64,000 bases of DNA from an uncultured Actinomycetes bacterium (GCA_963704885.1 CAVPIB010000001.1:320001-384000), one strand, 5' to 3'; shown: positions 10,801-20,542, numbered from the stretch's first letter. The notes: generated by a model from the letters alone, not told the origin. A program made the numbers and translations.

Positions 10801-10990
10801 CCAGCAGCGCGCGTGTTCTCTCAGGATCCTGCGAACCGGCGAGCGCGGTCGACCCCACGAGGTCCGCGAAGATGACCGTCGCGAGCTTGCGCTCGGTCTG
10901 CACCTCAGACGACTCGACCGGGGCCGCGCATGCAGGGCAGAAACGTGCGCCGGCAGGCACGGCGGCACCGCAGGCGGGGCAGGCGTCCAT
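7804..10990 (-). CDS. Zn-ribbon + class III adenylate/guanylate cyclase + STAND (AAA_16-type) ATPase + helical repeat protein; +1 frameshift near the 3' end (7978-7980)
   Basis: CPACG..CPAC; FADLVGST, EKFVGDAVMA and GDPVNVAARL cyclase motifs; Walker A GDAGVGKT, Walker B MLIEDIHW, GNPFFVEE; C-terminus continues in the 7804..8091 frame (EEAPALVKPG...AIARFEAMGMDWHAA). Confidence 0.88.
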
Positions 10991-11069
10991 GGCACCGAAG
11001 CGTATGCGCGGTCGCTTCAGGGCGCCACCTTGCCCCAAGGGGTGGTGTGGGCAGGTCCTATGGTGGCCG

Positions 11070-11972
11070 CTAGAGATCGATAACCAGGTGCGTGTAGGAC
11101 TCGCGCACGTGCATCCCGACCTTCTCGTAGAGCGCAAGCGCGCCCGTGTTCGAGTCGGTCGAGAGCGCCGTGGTAGGAAAGCCGCGATCGAACGCGCGCT
11201 GGAACGCCACCTGAAGGAGGGCCCGCGCGATCCCCCGGTCGCGGTGGTCGCGACGGACCGCGAGCTTATCCACCCAGACCTCTTCCGAGTCGATCAGGAA
11301 CGCTCCGCCCACGATCTGGTCGCCGCCGAGCGCCAGGACCAGGTCCTCGGGTTCGAAGCCCTCCCGTTCGATGGTCATGGCCCGCCAGGTGCCGAGCGTC
11401 GATGGGAAGCGGTCGGGCCATTCGCCGAACGCGTCCTCGAACATCGTGAGAGCCTCGTCCTCGTCGCCGGATAGGTAGGCGCGCAGCGTGATCCCGTCGG
11501 GCGGCGTGGGATCGGAGGGGCGTTCTGCGTGCTCTTTGGACAGGATCCACGAAGTGCGTCTGTGGGTGTAGCCGGCCGCCACCAGTAGATCGATCGAGTC
11601 GGTTGCCCGGTCGTTGATCGTCTGCCCGACCCGCTGTGCGCCTCGCTCCCTCGCTCGGCGCTCGGTCCAGCCGCGCAGCCAGGTGCCGATCCCAAGACCG
11701 CGCGAGTCCGGGTGCACGTCCACCCAGGCCCCCCGGAGGTTCGGCAAGAACCCCCACCCGACCAGCTCGCCTGCTCGGGTGACGATAGCCGTGTCCAGCG
11801 CTGGATCGAGGCCCTCGGTCCGCAGGTCCGAGAGGAGGTCCTCGCGCTCCCACATGATGAAACCCACGTCGTGGCGTTCGCAGATGTTAGCGAGCGCCAC
11901 GACGTCGTCGATGTCTTCCTGGGTGAGTGATCGACGCTGGAGGTCGACGGGGAGCTCTAGGGGAGCGTCCAT
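11070..11972 (-). CDS. Tandem GNAT acetyltransferase (MshD-like)
   Basis: Two GNAT motif-A copies (VHPDSRGLGIG, VRRDHRDRGIA) and TGALALYEKVGM. Confidence 0.8.
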   Translation of the reverse strand: MDAPLELPVDLQRRSLTQEDIDDVVALANICERHDVGFIMWEREDLLSDLRTEGLDPALDTAIVTRAGELVGWGFLPNLRGAWVDVHPDSRGLGIGTWLRGWTERRARERGAQRVGQTINDRATDSIDLLVAAGYTHRRTSWILSKEHAERPSDPTPPDGITLRAYLSGDEDEALTMFEDAFGEWPDRFPSTLGTWRAMTIEREGFEPEDLVLALGGDQIVGGAFLIDSEEVWVDKLAVRRDHRDRGIARALLQVAFQRAFDRGFPTTALSTDSNTGALALYEKVGMHVRESYTHLVIDL

Positions 11973-12655
11973 CCCGGACACTGTAGGGGAGCGATCGCGC
12001 CCGGCAGCTCCCTGATCGACTCCAGGGTGCGTCGAACGTCATCGAAGTCGTTCCACGGAAGGAACGGCACCCCATCGGAGAGGCAGAAGCCCACCAGGTC
12101 ATTCTTCGCGAAAGTGACATCAGCGTAGAGCGCTGCGTAGCGATCGGTCTGTCCATCACCTACGAAGGCCGTCGGGCCACGCTCCGCATGGCGCAAGACG
12201 GCCTGCATCTTGCAGGTTCCGCAGCCCACGCACGAAGGGTGCGCGTTCACGAACCGCAGACCATCGGGCCTGTCGTTCGTCCATCGCTGCTCGTTCGTTA
12301 TGACCGCGACGTGGCCCAAACCGGCAGCCTCCAGCAACGGCTCGACGTAGAACGCGAACCCGTCCGAAACGACCGCGACGTCGAGGTCGTTCGACTCGCA
12401 CCATCGGATGAACGGCGCGAACGTGGGGTCGAGCGAGCCGTGTCGGAGCGCGAACGACACCAGCGTCTCGCGGTCGGCGTCGAGCATCCGGTCCTGCGCC
12501 TGGATCGCCTCGCGCAAGCCGATCTCGCCGCGACGGAACGTGTCGTCGTACTCGGGCCACGAAGGGTCGGCGAACTCGTTCAGCAGCCGCTGCGTGACGT
12601 CGACCGCCGACGCCGTTCCATCGAAGTCGACCAACACGGATCGGATCGGGAGCAT
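11957..12655 (-). CDS. HAD-IB phosphatase, MtnX-like
   Basis: VDFDGT motif I, VVSDG motif II, CGTCK and FVGDGQTD motif IV. Confidence 0.8.
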   Translation of the reverse strand: MLPIRSVLVDFDGTASAVDVTQRLLNEFADPSWPEYDDTFRRGEIGLREAIQAQDRMLDADRETLVSFALRHGSLDPTFAPFIRWCESNDLDVAVVSDGFAFYVEPLLEAAGLGHVAVITNEQRWTNDRPDGLRFVNAHPSCVGCGTCKMQAVLRHAERGPTAFVGDGQTDRYAALYADVTFAKNDLVGFCLSDGVPFLPWNDFDDVRRTLESIRELPGAIAPLQCPGWTLP

Positions 12656-12684
12656 CGGAGAAGGCTACCTGCGACACTCCGCGC

Positions 12685-13452
12685 GTGAACGACGTGCTCG
12701 ATCGGATCCGCGCGGCCTACGTCGAAGGCTCGCGCAAGCGGGCGCTCTCGGTCGATGGCGGCGAGGTCATAGAGGTCGACGGCCTGGTGGTCGCTCTGAC
12801 GAATCTCCCCGAACCGGCTTTGAATGGTGCCGTCGTTGCCCGGGAACCGGAAGACTCCGATGCGGCCCTCGCTGTCGCAGAGCAGGAGTTCCGCCGCCGC
12901 GGTCACCCGTTCTTCGGTATCGAGCTGGAGCGTGGGCGACATCCTGCGGTGGAGGAAGCCGTGAAGCGCGCCGGGCTGACCCTCCTCCTTTCACATGCGG
13001 CGATGTCGGCGCGCCAGGCGGACCTGCCTTCCGGTGGTGCCGTTCCCGTCGGGGTTCGCATCGAACGTCTGGAGGATCCGAGCGGGCTTCCCGATCTTCG
13101 AGCGGTGGACCTGGACGCATTCGGGGGCGATCCGGACGTCACCGCTCGTTTCTTGGGCCCGGGAGCGCTGGCGGCGGACCATAGCCGGGTGTTCCTGGCG
13201 TGGGAGGATGGTCGCGCGATCGGCGCGGGCACGGCCTGGTCGCTCTTGGGGACGATCGGCATCTTCGGCGTGGCGGTTATGGAACGCGCACGTGGTCGAG
13301 GGATCGGCGCCGCGCTGACGATCGAGGCCGCCCGCGCGTTCGGTGACCAGGTCGACCTGGCATGGCTGCATCCGACGGATCTAGCGCGGCCACTTTACGA
13401 GCGGCTCGGTTTCCGCGCCGTCGCGGACTGGGACATCTGGGTCAGGCCTTAG
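12685..13452 (+). CDS. GNAT family N-acetyltransferase
   Basis: VAVMERARGRGIGAALT and RPLYERLGFR motifs. Confidence 0.8.
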   Translation: MNDVLDRIRAAYVEGSRKRALSVDGGEVIEVDGLVVALTNLPEPALNGAVVAREPEDSDAALAVAEQEFRRRGHPFFGIELERGRHPAVEEAVKRAGLTLLLSHAAMSARQADLPSGGAVPVGVRIERLEDPSGLPDLRAVDLDAFGGDPDVTARFLGPGALAADHSRVFLAWEDGRAIGAGTAWSLLGTIGIFGVAVMERARGRGIGAALTIEAARAFGDQVDLAWLHPTDLARPLYERLGFRAVADWDIWVRP

Positions 13453-13493
13453 ACCGGGAACGGCTGTCTGGGGCCGCGCGTATACTCGCCCGC

Positions 13494-13768
13494 GTGACCG
13501 TGCTAGGCGGGGAGGTAGCGGTTCCCTGTACCCGAGATCCGCTTTCGCGGGGCTGAATCCCCGCCCGAGGCCCGGATGGTCCGGGGCAGCTCTGGGCACG
13601 GAGCGTTGATGGTTCGGGTCCTGCGCGACGCCAACCTGCGAACCCGGTCAGATCCGGAAGGAAGCAGCCGTAAGCGGGCGCTGGCGGGTGCCGTAGGGGT
13701 GCCTGGCCGGAGCTACCGGCCCGGGAAGCGCTCGAGTCGTCCGTGGTCGACGGCGGGTGCACGGTCAC
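13494..13768 (+). ncRNA. ffs: Signal recognition particle RNA, large (Alu-domain, Bacillus-type) form
   Basis: Terminal pairing GTGACCGTGC/GCACGGTCAC, 5' Alu-like GGCGGGGAGGTAGCGGTTCCCTGTACCCG, helix-8 core CCGGTCAGATCCGGAAGGAAGCAGCCG; TATACT -10 at 13481-13486; directly upstream of dnaX. Confidence 0.9.
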
Positions 13769-13786
13769 ATCACTTGTAGGAGCGAC

Positions 13787-15529
13787 GTGGCGGACGAGAA
13801 GCAGCACCAAGCGCTGTACAGGCGGTACCGGCCGCAGACGCCGGCCGAGGTCCTGGGGCAGGACCATGTGGTCCGCGCCCTGACCGGGGCCATCCGCGAG
13901 GGTCGGCTCCACCATGCCTTCCTCTTCTGTGGCCCGCGGGGGACCGGCAAGACATCCACCGCCCGGATCCTGGCCAAGATGGTCAACTGCGAGCTCGGTC
14001 CCACCGCCGAGCCGTGCGGCACATGCACCCAATGCGTGGCCATCCGCGAAGGACAGCACCTCGATGTCGTGGAGATCGACGCGGCCTCGCACGGAGGTGT
14101 TGAGGACGCCCGCGAGCTCCGCGAACGGGCACCCACGGCGCCGGCGATGGGCCGCGAGAAGGTCTACATCATCGACGAGGCGCAGCGGCTCTCACGCGAG
14201 GCGTTCGACGCACTGCTGAAGGTCTTCGAAGAGCCGCCCGAGGGGGTCCGGTTCGTCCTGGCGACCACCGAGCCTCACAAGATGCCGGCCACGATCGTGG
14301 GTCGGTGCCAGAGGTTCGACTTCCGGCGGCTCACCATGGAGACGCTGGCCGCGCAGCTCCGGTCGATCGCGGAGTCGGAGGGCGCAACGATCACCGACTC
14401 CGCGGCGCTCACCATCGCTCGCCAGGCGGAGGGGTCTTCGCGCGACGCACTCTCCCTTCTGGATCAGGCGAGCGTCATGGGCGGCGAGACCATCGATGAC
14501 GCCGTGGTCCAGGCGCTGCTCGGCGCCCCCCGCGGCGAGGTGCAGCACGAGTTGGCGGACGCCGTCGCGGTGGGCGACGCGCGCACCGCGTTCCAGATCG
14601 TGAACCGCCTGGTCCAAGACGGCCAGGACCTCCGCAACGTCACCGCCGAGGCGCTTGCCCACTTCCGCAACCTACTCCTGGTCAAGACCGCGCCCGGTCA
14701 GGAGGATCTCCTCGACATCCAGGCCGACGGCTACGAGCAGCTTCGCGTGCAGTCCGAGAGGTACACGCCCGGCGAGCTCGCCCGGGTCATCTCTCTCCTC
14801 CTGGCCGCCCAGGCTGACATGCGTTGGACGACATCGCCGCGTCTGTCCCTGGAGCTGGCGCTGGTGCGAGCCACCATGCCCGAGACCGATCCCAACCCGG
14901 CGGGAGTCGTCGCCAGGCTCGAGCGCTTGGAGCGGCTGGCGAACGTCGACGTCGCGTCGGTCACCGTTGCGGATGAGGTTCCTCCCGTCGCCGTCCAGGA
15001 AGTTGCTCCGGTGGCGCCCGTCGCGCCCGCCGAGGAAGAGCCAGCCGATAGCGCTCCGGCTCCGAGCACTCCGGCTCCCACCGTCCCGACGGCGCCCACG
15101 TTGGATGCCGAGACGGTTCGGCACGCGGCCGACGCCGGTGCCGTGGATGTCGCCATGCTTCGTCGAGGGTGGCCATCGCTCCTGGACCACCTGCAGTCGA
15201 CTCGGCAGATGATCCTGAAGGCGTCGCTCGAGAGCGCCACCGTGGCGGACTTCGATGGGCAGACGCTGGAGCTCGCGTTCCCGCCCGATAAGCGGTTCAC
15301 GGTGGGGAAGGTTGAGGCGAAGGCGGACCTCCTTCAGGCGGCGCTGTCTGATCTGTTCGGGATCCGGCCTGCGATCTCCTGCGTCGTACGCGAGGCCCGC
15401 GATCTGGGCGGTGGCCCAACGTTGATAGAGATCGTCGACGAGGAGGATCCGCCATCGGAAGAGGAGGCGCTCCGGCGCGTGCAGGAGATGTTCGGGGCGA
15501 AGGCCACGGCCTCGGACCCGGCGGAGTAG
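13787..15529 (+). CDS. dnaX: DNA polymerase III subunit gamma/tau
   Basis: ALYRRYRPQ, GPRGTGKT, Zn-binding Cys cluster, EIDAASHGG, IIDEA, GRCQRFDF; Pro/Ala-rich linker. Confidence 0.97.
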   Translation: MADEKQHQALYRRYRPQTPAEVLGQDHVVRALTGAIREGRLHHAFLFCGPRGTGKTSTARILAKMVNCELGPTAEPCGTCTQCVAIREGQHLDVVEIDAASHGGVEDARELRERAPTAPAMGREKVYIIDEAQRLSREAFDALLKVFEEPPEGVRFVLATTEPHKMPATIVGRCQRFDFRRLTMETLAAQLRSIAESEGATITDSAALTIARQAEGSSRDALSLLDQASVMGGETIDDAVVQALLGAPRGEVQHELADAVAVGDARTAFQIVNRLVQDGQDLRNVTAEALAHFRNLLLVKTAPGQEDLLDIQADGYEQLRVQSERYTPGELARVISLLLAAQADMRWTTSPRLSLELALVRATMPETDPNPAGVVARLERLERLANVDVASVTVADEVPPVAVQEVAPVAPVAPAEEEPADSAPAPSTPAPTVPTAPTLDAETVRHAADAGAVDVAMLRRGWPSLLDHLQSTRQMILKASLESATVADFDGQTLELAFPPDKRFTVGKVEAKADLLQAALSDLFGIRPAISCVVREARDLGGGPTLIEIVDEEDPPSEEEALRRVQEMFGAKATASDPAE

Positions 15530-15532
15530 CGA

Positions 15533-16129
15533 GTGGCCTACGAGGGTCCGATCCAGGAACTGATCGATCAGCTCGCTCGCCTGCCGGGGATCGGCCCCAA
15601 GTCCGCGCAGCGCCTGGCGTTCTGGCTGGTCAAGGCTCCGGCCGAGGACGCCAATCGTCTGGCCGCCGCGATAGTCCAGGCCAAGGAACGGATCTTCTTC
15701 TGCCGCGAATGCGGGAACGTGGCCGAGGGGGATCTCTGCCGCGTCTGCCGTGACGAGTCGCGCGATCGCACAATGCTTTGCGTTGTCGAGGAGCCGAAGG
15801 ACGCCGCAACCATCGAGAAGGCCGCGCTGATCAAGGGCCGCTACCACATCCTGGGCGGCGCGATCAGCCCGCTCGACGGGATCGGCCCCGAGGATCTTCG
15901 TGTGCAAGAGCTCCTTGATCGCGTCGAGCGCGACCACGTCACCGAGGTGATCCTTGCGACGAACCCTAACCTCGAGGGCAACGCGACCGCGATGTACGTG
16001 GCAGCGCTGCTGAAGCCGTCGGGGATCCGGGTCACCCGCTTGGCGAGCGGTCTGCCGGTGGGAGGGGACCTTGAGTACGCCGATGAGGTGACGCTCTCGC
16101 AAGCCCTCGAGGGCCGCCGCGAGATGTGA
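15533..16129 (+). CDS. recR: Recombination mediator RecR
   Basis: [11 protein letters not shown] HhH, C4 zinc finger, Toprim [17 protein letters not shown]. Confidence 0.97.
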   Translation: MAYEGPIQELIDQLARLPGIGPKSAQRLAFWLVKAPAEDANRLAAAIVQAKERIFFCRECGNVAEGDLCRVCRDESRDRTMLCVVEEPKDAATIEKAALIKGRYHILGGAISPLDGIGPEDLRVQELLDRVERDHVTEVILATNPNLEGNATAMYVAALLKPSGIRVTRLASGLPVGGDLEYADEVTLSQALEGRREM

Positions 16130-16130
16130 C

Positions 16131-16697
16131 ATGGCTCGGCCCGACACCCGCCAGGTCGCCGATCGCGCGTTGATCCTCTACTCGCTCGTCCGTCGCGGTT
16201 ACATCGAGCACGTGATCGGCGGCAGCGACGGTGACCCGTTTCGGATACGACAGGGCGAGGCGGCGCGGGAGGAGACCGACCTATGGCTCGACCGCGAACA
16301 GCTCCGCGATGCCCTCGCCGACACGGAGCTGAACCTCTTAGCAGCGCCCTCGGGCTCGTGGCCGGCCGAGGCGACCGCCGACGCCCTGTGGCGCAAGGAG
16401 GCGCTCGGCACGCTGCTCTGGGCGCTTCAGCACTTGGCCGACATGCCCGACTACGGCGTCGAGTTCGAGCAGCAGGCGCTGGACGACGCGATCACGCGAT
16501 ACGGATCGGTCTCGGCGTTCCGCGAAGAGGGACTGCTCCGGGACGAACACGAGTTGGAGCGCGCGTGGATGGAGGCTGATGCCTGGTACGGGGCGACCGA
16601 GGGCCGCGGGGGCGACGACTCCTCGATCGCGTCGATCGCCGCCGAGCGCTACCGTGCGTTCAGTTGGCTGCGCGACGCCGACGCACGGCCAGCGTGA
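16131..16697 (+). CDS. Hypothetical protein, DUF4272-like
   Basis: WRKEALGTLLWAL and ERYRAFSWL resemble conserved DUF4272 blocks; starts 1 nt after recR. Confidence 0.6.
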   Translation: MARPDTRQVADRALILYSLVRRGYIEHVIGGSDGDPFRIRQGEAAREETDLWLDREQLRDALADTELNLLAAPSGSWPAEATADALWRKEALGTLLWALQHLADMPDYGVEFEQQALDDAITRYGSVSAFREEGLLRDEHELERAWMEADAWYGATEGRGGDDSSIASIAAERYRAFSWLRDADARPA

Positions 16698-17709
16698 CCA
16701 GCCACCCGGCCAGGACCAGGATCCCGATCGGGATCAGGTAGCCGAGTCCGATCACTACTGCCGAGATGACGTTAAGGAACCCTTGCACCGCACGATCCCA
16801 CGCGCTTCCCAGGCTGGGGTTCTCCACGACATCCAGCTCGGTGTTGGGCGCTGCGTCCTGCTCGTGAAGGTCGACGCGGATCGTCGCCTCGGCGACCTGG
16901 TCGTTGATGAAGTTCAGGTTCCCTTGGATCTGCTCGATCTGGAGCTGCACGTTGTCCAGCTGGCGCTGAACGGTCAGGACCTCGTTGATGGTGGACGCTT
17001 GGCTCTGGAGACCCAGTAGCACGGTGCGGCGGGCCCTCGCGATCCTCAGTCGAGCTTGAAGGTCGATGTACTGGGCGGTCACGTCCTTGCCCGTGATCGA
17101 CTGCGCCTGCACGGTCCCGATCTCGCGGAGCGAGAGCATGGCCGTGTCGAACCGCTTGGCAGGTATACGGAGCACCAGGGTTCCGGCTCGCTGGCCGCGT
17201 GTCTGCGACGAGAGCACGAACCCCCCGTTGTTCTGCGCGATCCGCGTCACCGACGCGAACCCGTCAGAGAACCCATCCTTCGCGACCCGGATCGACATCG
17301 TCCCGTCACGGATGATCTTCGAGACGTCCCCTTGTGGCGCTTCGATGCCTAGACCGCCGGTTTCCTCGCTCCCGGCGTTCCCCGCCAAGGCGTCGTCGTC
17401 GCTCGAGAGATCTGCGATTTGCTCGCCTGAAGCCGCCGGCGTGGCACTCGCGTACCCGGTGGATCGCTGGAGCGAGTCTTTGTCCGCTGCAGGAGCGCTG
17501 TCGTTCGACGCCCCGCCCAGACCGCCCGTCGTCAGCCAGCCGATCAGGCCTGCCACGACCAGCACCGGGACGATCGCGGCGGTGAACATCCCCCAGTTCA
17601 CGCGCGAACGACGCGGCTTGCGCCCGGACGACTCCATCCACTGATCGCGCTTCCCGGCCTGCGCCAGATCCTGTTCGAGCGTCTTCAGGTACTCGACGTG
17701 GGTGTTCAC
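16660..17709 (-). CDS. DUF4349 membrane protein, possible anti-sigma factor
   Basis: N-terminal TM segment, KIIRDG, LRIPAKRFD, DVTAQYIDLQARL coiled coil, C-terminal TM; GTG overlaps the sigma factor stop. Confidence 0.8.
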   Translation of the reverse strand: MNTHVEYLKTLEQDLAQAGKRDQWMESSGRKPRRSRVNWGMFTAAIVPVLVVAGLIGWLTTGGLGGASNDSAPAADKDSLQRSTGYASATPAASGEQIADLSSDDDALAGNAGSEETGGLGIEAPQGDVSKIIRDGTMSIRVAKDGFSDGFASVTRIAQNNGGFVLSSQTRGQRAGTLVLRIPAKRFDTAMLSLREIGTVQAQSITGKDVTAQYIDLQARLRIARARRTVLLGLQSQASTINEVLTVQRQLDNVQLQIEQIQGNLNFINDQVAEATIRVDLHEQDAAPNTELDVVENPSLGSAWDRAVQGFLNVISAVVIGLGYLIPIGILVLAGWLVTLAVRRRRAAN

Positions 17710-18296
17710 GGGATCTCCACCTCCGGCGCGGGTTGCAGCCCGCGCTCTTGAAGCACGATCGCGAGGCGGCGCAGCCCTCGGCTCACGCGTTGGCGCGCGT
17801 TCTCCTCGGTGCATGCCAGTCGCTTCGCGACCTCCGGGTAGCTCAAGCCGCCGATCACGTGGAGCTTCAACGCCTCGCGCTGGTCGTTCGACAGCGTTTC
17901 GAGGGCCTCGACGAGCGCGTCCTTGATGGGGGCGAAGTCGACCAGGTCCTCGATCCGTTCGTAATCCTCGGGCGGGAGCGATCGCTCAGGCATCCCGAGC
18001 CGCCGGCGGGCCGCTGCGTCCACCCGTCCGCTGCGGAAGAACCGCCCCAGCTGGTGACGCGCTACCCCGTACAGCCAGGCCACGCCGTTCGCTCCCGTGT
18101 TCGTGTAGGTGCTGCGCGACGAGAACGCCTGCGCGAACGTCTCGGCGGTGAGCTCCGCTGCCGCCTCCGGGTCGAGCGTTCGCCTTGCGAAGTAGCGCAA
18201 CAGGTCCTCCGCGTGCCGTCGGTAGAGTTCGGTGAACGCGTCCGGGTCTTCCCGGGACGCCAGGAGCAGCTCGCTGTCGGTGCGTTCGGTGCTCAC
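17706..18296 (-). CDS. ECF RNA polymerase sigma factor
   Basis: DAFTELYRRH, ELTAETF, WLYGVARH (region 2); LSNDQREAL...LSYPEVA...RVSRGLRRL (region 4). Confidence 0.92.
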   Translation of the reverse strand: MSTERTDSELLLASREDPDAFTELYRRHAEDLLRYFARRTLDPEAAAELTAETFAQAFSSRSTYTNTGANGVAWLYGVARHQLGRFFRSGRVDAAARRRLGMPERSLPPEDYERIEDLVDFAPIKDALVEALETLSNDQREALKLHVIGGLSYPEVAKRLACTEENARQRVSRGLRRLAIVLQERGLQPAPEVEIP

Positions 18297-18398
18297 GGCC
18301 TCCCTCTCGTCCGGCGCCGCCGCGGCGGGTCCGGCCGTTCTACCCGTACCATGCCGCGGTTACCCGCCAGCGTGACAGTCATGAAGGGGAGACGCCCG

Positions 18399-20498
18399 AT
18401 GACCGACGATCAGTTCCCGGACGACTCGTTCCCGCGGCAGCAAGCGCGAACGCGGCGCTACACGCTGGGGCGGCCCCGCACGTTCCAGGTCGCGGATGAC
18501 GGCTCGCGCGTGGTGTTCCTTCGCTCGCGCTCGGGACACGATCCGGTCGGGAGCCTCTGGGTCTTCGACGTTGCGTCGAGAACGGAGCGCTTGATCTTCG
18601 ATCCATCGGGCGCGGGGGATGAGGACAACCTCTCGGCCGAGGAGCGCGACCGGCGTGAGCGACGCCGGGAGTCCCTCACGGGCGTGACGGACCACTCGGC
18701 AGACCGATCGCTCTCGAGCGCGGCATTCGCGATGGACGGGGCGTTGTTCGTGGCCGACCTGATCGGGGGCGGGGCGAAGAGGATCGACGTCGGAGTGCCC
18801 GACCCGTTCGACCCGCGCCCCGATCCGCACGGCCGGAGGATCGCCTATGTGGCGGGGGGCTCCCTCCGCGTGGTCCAGGCCGATGGATCGAACGATCGCG
18901 AGCTGGCGGCGGACCCGGATCCGGACGTCCACTGGGGGTTGGCAGAGTTCATCGCGGCCGAGGAGATGGAGCGCCAACGCGGCTACTGGTGGGCCCCAGA
19001 CGGCGAGCGGCTCGCCGCTTCCCGGGTGGACGAGCGACCCGTTCGGGTATGGCACATCGCTTCCCCAGTGGATCCAGAAGCGCCGCCACGAGCCGTGCGT
19101 TACCCGAGGGCGGGAACCGACAACGCGATCGTCACGCTCGCGGTGGTGTCGATGGACGGCGACAAGGTCGACGTCGAGTGGGAGCGCGAGGCTTTCCCAT
19201 ATCTGGTGACGGTCGATTGGGGAACCAACGGCCCACTCACACTGCTCGTGGAGTCGCGCGACCAGCGAACGACTCAGATCCTGCGGGTCGATCCCGACAC
19301 AGGAGTGACGGAGCTCCTTCGTGAGAACCATGACGAACGTTGGCTCGACATCACGATAGGTGTTCCGGCGTGGTTGGCGGACGGGCGGCTCGTGAGCACG
19401 GTGGACGCCGACGACACCAAGCGGCTGGCGTTCGACGACCAACTCGTCACTCCGCTGAGTCTCCAGGTCGCCCAGGTGCTCGACGTCGGTGAAGACGTGG
19501 TCTTCCGAGCCAACGAGGACCCGACCGAGACGCATGTCTGGCGGCTCGACGCCGAGGGGGAGCTCACCCGCCTCACACACGAACCCGGCGTGCACACCGC
19601 CGCCGTCGGCGGGAACGTCATCGTGGTCACGTCCGCGACGATGGAGGGCCTGCCCACCGCCACCATCCTCGTCGACGGCGAGGACGTCGCTACTATCGAC
19701 TCCACCGCCGAGACGCCGATCCTCCAGACGGCCCCAACGTTCTTCGTCGGCGGAGAACGTGACCTCCGGATGGCACTCTTCACACCCAGCGGAGCCGAAC
19801 CCGACGGTCCGCTCCCGGTGCTCCTCGATCCCTACGGCGGACCGCACTTCGGCATGGTCCAGAAGTCGCTGACGCTCCAGCTCGAGTCGCAGTGGTTCGC
19901 GGATCAGGGTTTCGCGGTCCTGGTGATCGACGGCCGAGGCACGCCCGGACGGGGTCCGGGCTGGGACCGTGAGGTCTATCGCAACCTGGCGGATCCGGTG
20001 CTCGAGGACCAGGTGGACGGACTGCACGCTGCCGCCGAGCGCTACGACTTCCTCGACCTGGGTCGGGTGGCGATCCGCGGATGGTCGTTCGGCGGCTTCC
20101 TGGCGGCGATGGCCCTCTTGCGGCGTCCGGACGTGTTCCACGCCGCGGTCAGCGGCGCCCCGGTCACGGACGGCACCCTCTACGACACGCATTACACGGA
20201 GCGGTACCTGGGGATGCCGGACCAGGAGGTCGAGGCATACGCTCGATATCGGCTGTTGGACGACGCGCCCAACCTGTCACGGCCCCTGATGCTGATCCAC
20301 GGCCTGGCCGACGACAACGTGTACGTGGCCAACACGCTACAGTTGTCGAAGCGGCTGATGGAGGCCGGACGGCCACATACCGTGCTGCCCTTGTCGGGTA
20401 TCACGCACGCACCGATGGATCCACAGGTGGCGGAGAACCTGCTGGTACTCCAGGTGCGGTTCATCCGCGACGCGCTCGGACTTCCCGACCCGGCCTGA
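18399..20498 (+). CDS. S9 family peptidase (dipeptidyl peptidase IV-like)
   Basis: AAEEMER, YGGP, GWSFGG nucleophile motif, HGLADDNV and a C-terminal His. Confidence 0.92.
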   Translation: MTDDQFPDDSFPRQQARTRRYTLGRPRTFQVADDGSRVVFLRSRSGHDPVGSLWVFDVASRTERLIFDPSGAGDEDNLSAEERDRRERRRESLTGVTDHSADRSLSSAAFAMDGALFVADLIGGGAKRIDVGVPDPFDPRPDPHGRRIAYVAGGSLRVVQADGSNDRELAADPDPDVHWGLAEFIAAEEMERQRGYWWAPDGERLAASRVDERPVRVWHIASPVDPEAPPRAVRYPRAGTDNAIVTLAVVSMDGDKVDVEWEREAFPYLVTVDWGTNGPLTLLVESRDQRTTQILRVDPDTGVTELLRENHDERWLDITIGVPAWLADGRLVSTVDADDTKRLAFDDQLVTPLSLQVAQVLDVGEDVVFRANEDPTETHVWRLDAEGELTRLTHEPGVHTAAVGGNVIVVTSATMEGLPTATILVDGEDVATIDSTAETPILQTAPTFFVGGERDLRMALFTPSGAEPDGPLPVLLDPYGGPHFGMVQKSLTLQLESQWFADQGFAVLVIDGRGTPGRGPGWDREVYRNLADPVLEDQVDGLHAAAERYDFLDLGRVAIRGWSFGGFLAAMALLRRPDVFHAAVSGAPVTDGTLYDTHYTERYLGMPDQEVEAYARYRLLDDAPNLSRPLMLIHGLADDNVYVANTLQLSKRLMEAGRPHTVLPLSGITHAPMDPQVAENLLVLQVRFIRDALGLPDPA

Positions 20499-20542
20499 GG
20501 GCACTGCTACGCTCAGGGTTCGCGAACGAAAGCCCTCTTCGC

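Noticed and set aside
7789-13452. Integrative island at tRNA-Ser(GGA)
   Set aside because: No integrase, no duplicated tRNA 3' end seen, and composition matches the host
13787-15529. Programmed -1 frameshift or slippage generating the gamma subunit in dnaX
   Set aside because: No A-AAA-AAG heptamer or poly-A run in the gene
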